Assembly: GCF_001194135.2 (NCBI RefSeq)
Contig: NC_069000.1
Location: 7,269,559 to 7,333,558 of the forward strand
DNA length: 64,000 bases
Direction of reading: 5' to 3'
Origin: Octopus bimaculoides
Lineage: Eukaryota
Shown: piece after piece, positions 63,475 to 64,000 of the stretch
How the letters are laid out: each line of letters begins with the position of its first letter
Position numbering within the stretch: the stretch's first letter is position 1
Program-made: the position numbers and the translations under genes
Notes under the pieces: model-generated
The model's input: the letters and a program-made list of their open reading frames with translations, nothing else
Databases searched by the model: none
What the model was told of the DNA's origin: nothing

Positions 63475-64000
63475 CATATAGATATTTACTCACACATATG
63501 TATGCATATATAAATGTGTGTGTGGTTTAGAAGTTTGCTTCATAGCCACATGCTTTAGTTCAGATAATCACTTCTGCATTTTTCTCACTTAGTAGAACAT
63601 ATTCCACTGAGGAGGTCCAATAAAACTGGAACATGACTGTTACATTCTGTTGGTCTTAAAGGCCAGATCCTCCACTCTGACGTCACTGTCTACATTCTAT
63701 AAAATTTCGAATTGGCTGATCTTTTGTATATTGCTTTTACATTTGAACACCTATACAGGGTATCATCATCTCGGAGCTTCCAAAATGAAGCTCTGACGAA
63801 GCTATAGGGTGATACACAAGCACTCAACTGAGGTGCAATCCGATGGTCAGTCATGACCGAAGAGGGGGTCAGCTCAGCATACAAACACACACACACACAC
63901 ACATGAAAAGGAGAGTGGAGATTTATTCACATCCAAAACATTTTATTAAAACAGTTTTGTACAGTATATATAACAATGACCAACATATGTTTCAACTGCA

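Noticed and set aside
63690-63902. 70-aa minus-strand ORF at the window end
   Set aside because: It starts in (TG)n and a repeat fragment, has no recognisable homology, and cannot be joined in frame to the downstream candidate exons.

Overview
AT-rich, microsatellite-laden animal genomic DNA with five N-gaps (12372-13083, 26557-27060, 42168-42637, 56011-56248, 57578-57763). The SINE/RTE repeat families point to a coleoid cephalopod, probably Octopus; this is inference. Four complete spliced genes can be assembled by hand with canonical GT-AG junctions and consistent phases: a TRAF3-like gene (-, 2018-17706, about 540 aa), GPS2 (+, 31645-45570, 404 aa), MRPL17 (-, 50750-53663, 206 aa) and ATP23 (+, 54626-62237, 255 aa). 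They form two divergent pairs, TRAF<->GPS2 and MRPL17<->ATP23. The rest is mobile-element debris: RTE LINEs, an RLE-type non-LTR element, Penelope-like, piggyBac and mariner relics, MITEs, tRNA-derived SINEs and minisatellites. The most unusual structure is a ~7.1 kb element in a TRAF intron. It has ~470 bp terminal inverted repeats with CACTA-like ends and a decayed intron-containing gene I cannot assign, and it splits a 30-bp minisatellite into two halves. Other leads are several strong hairpins (one of pre-miRNA size), a mini-element with telomere-like repeats, a hammerhead-like core and orphan spliced exons at the right edge. I found no unambiguous new biological system; the leads below need computation or RNA data.
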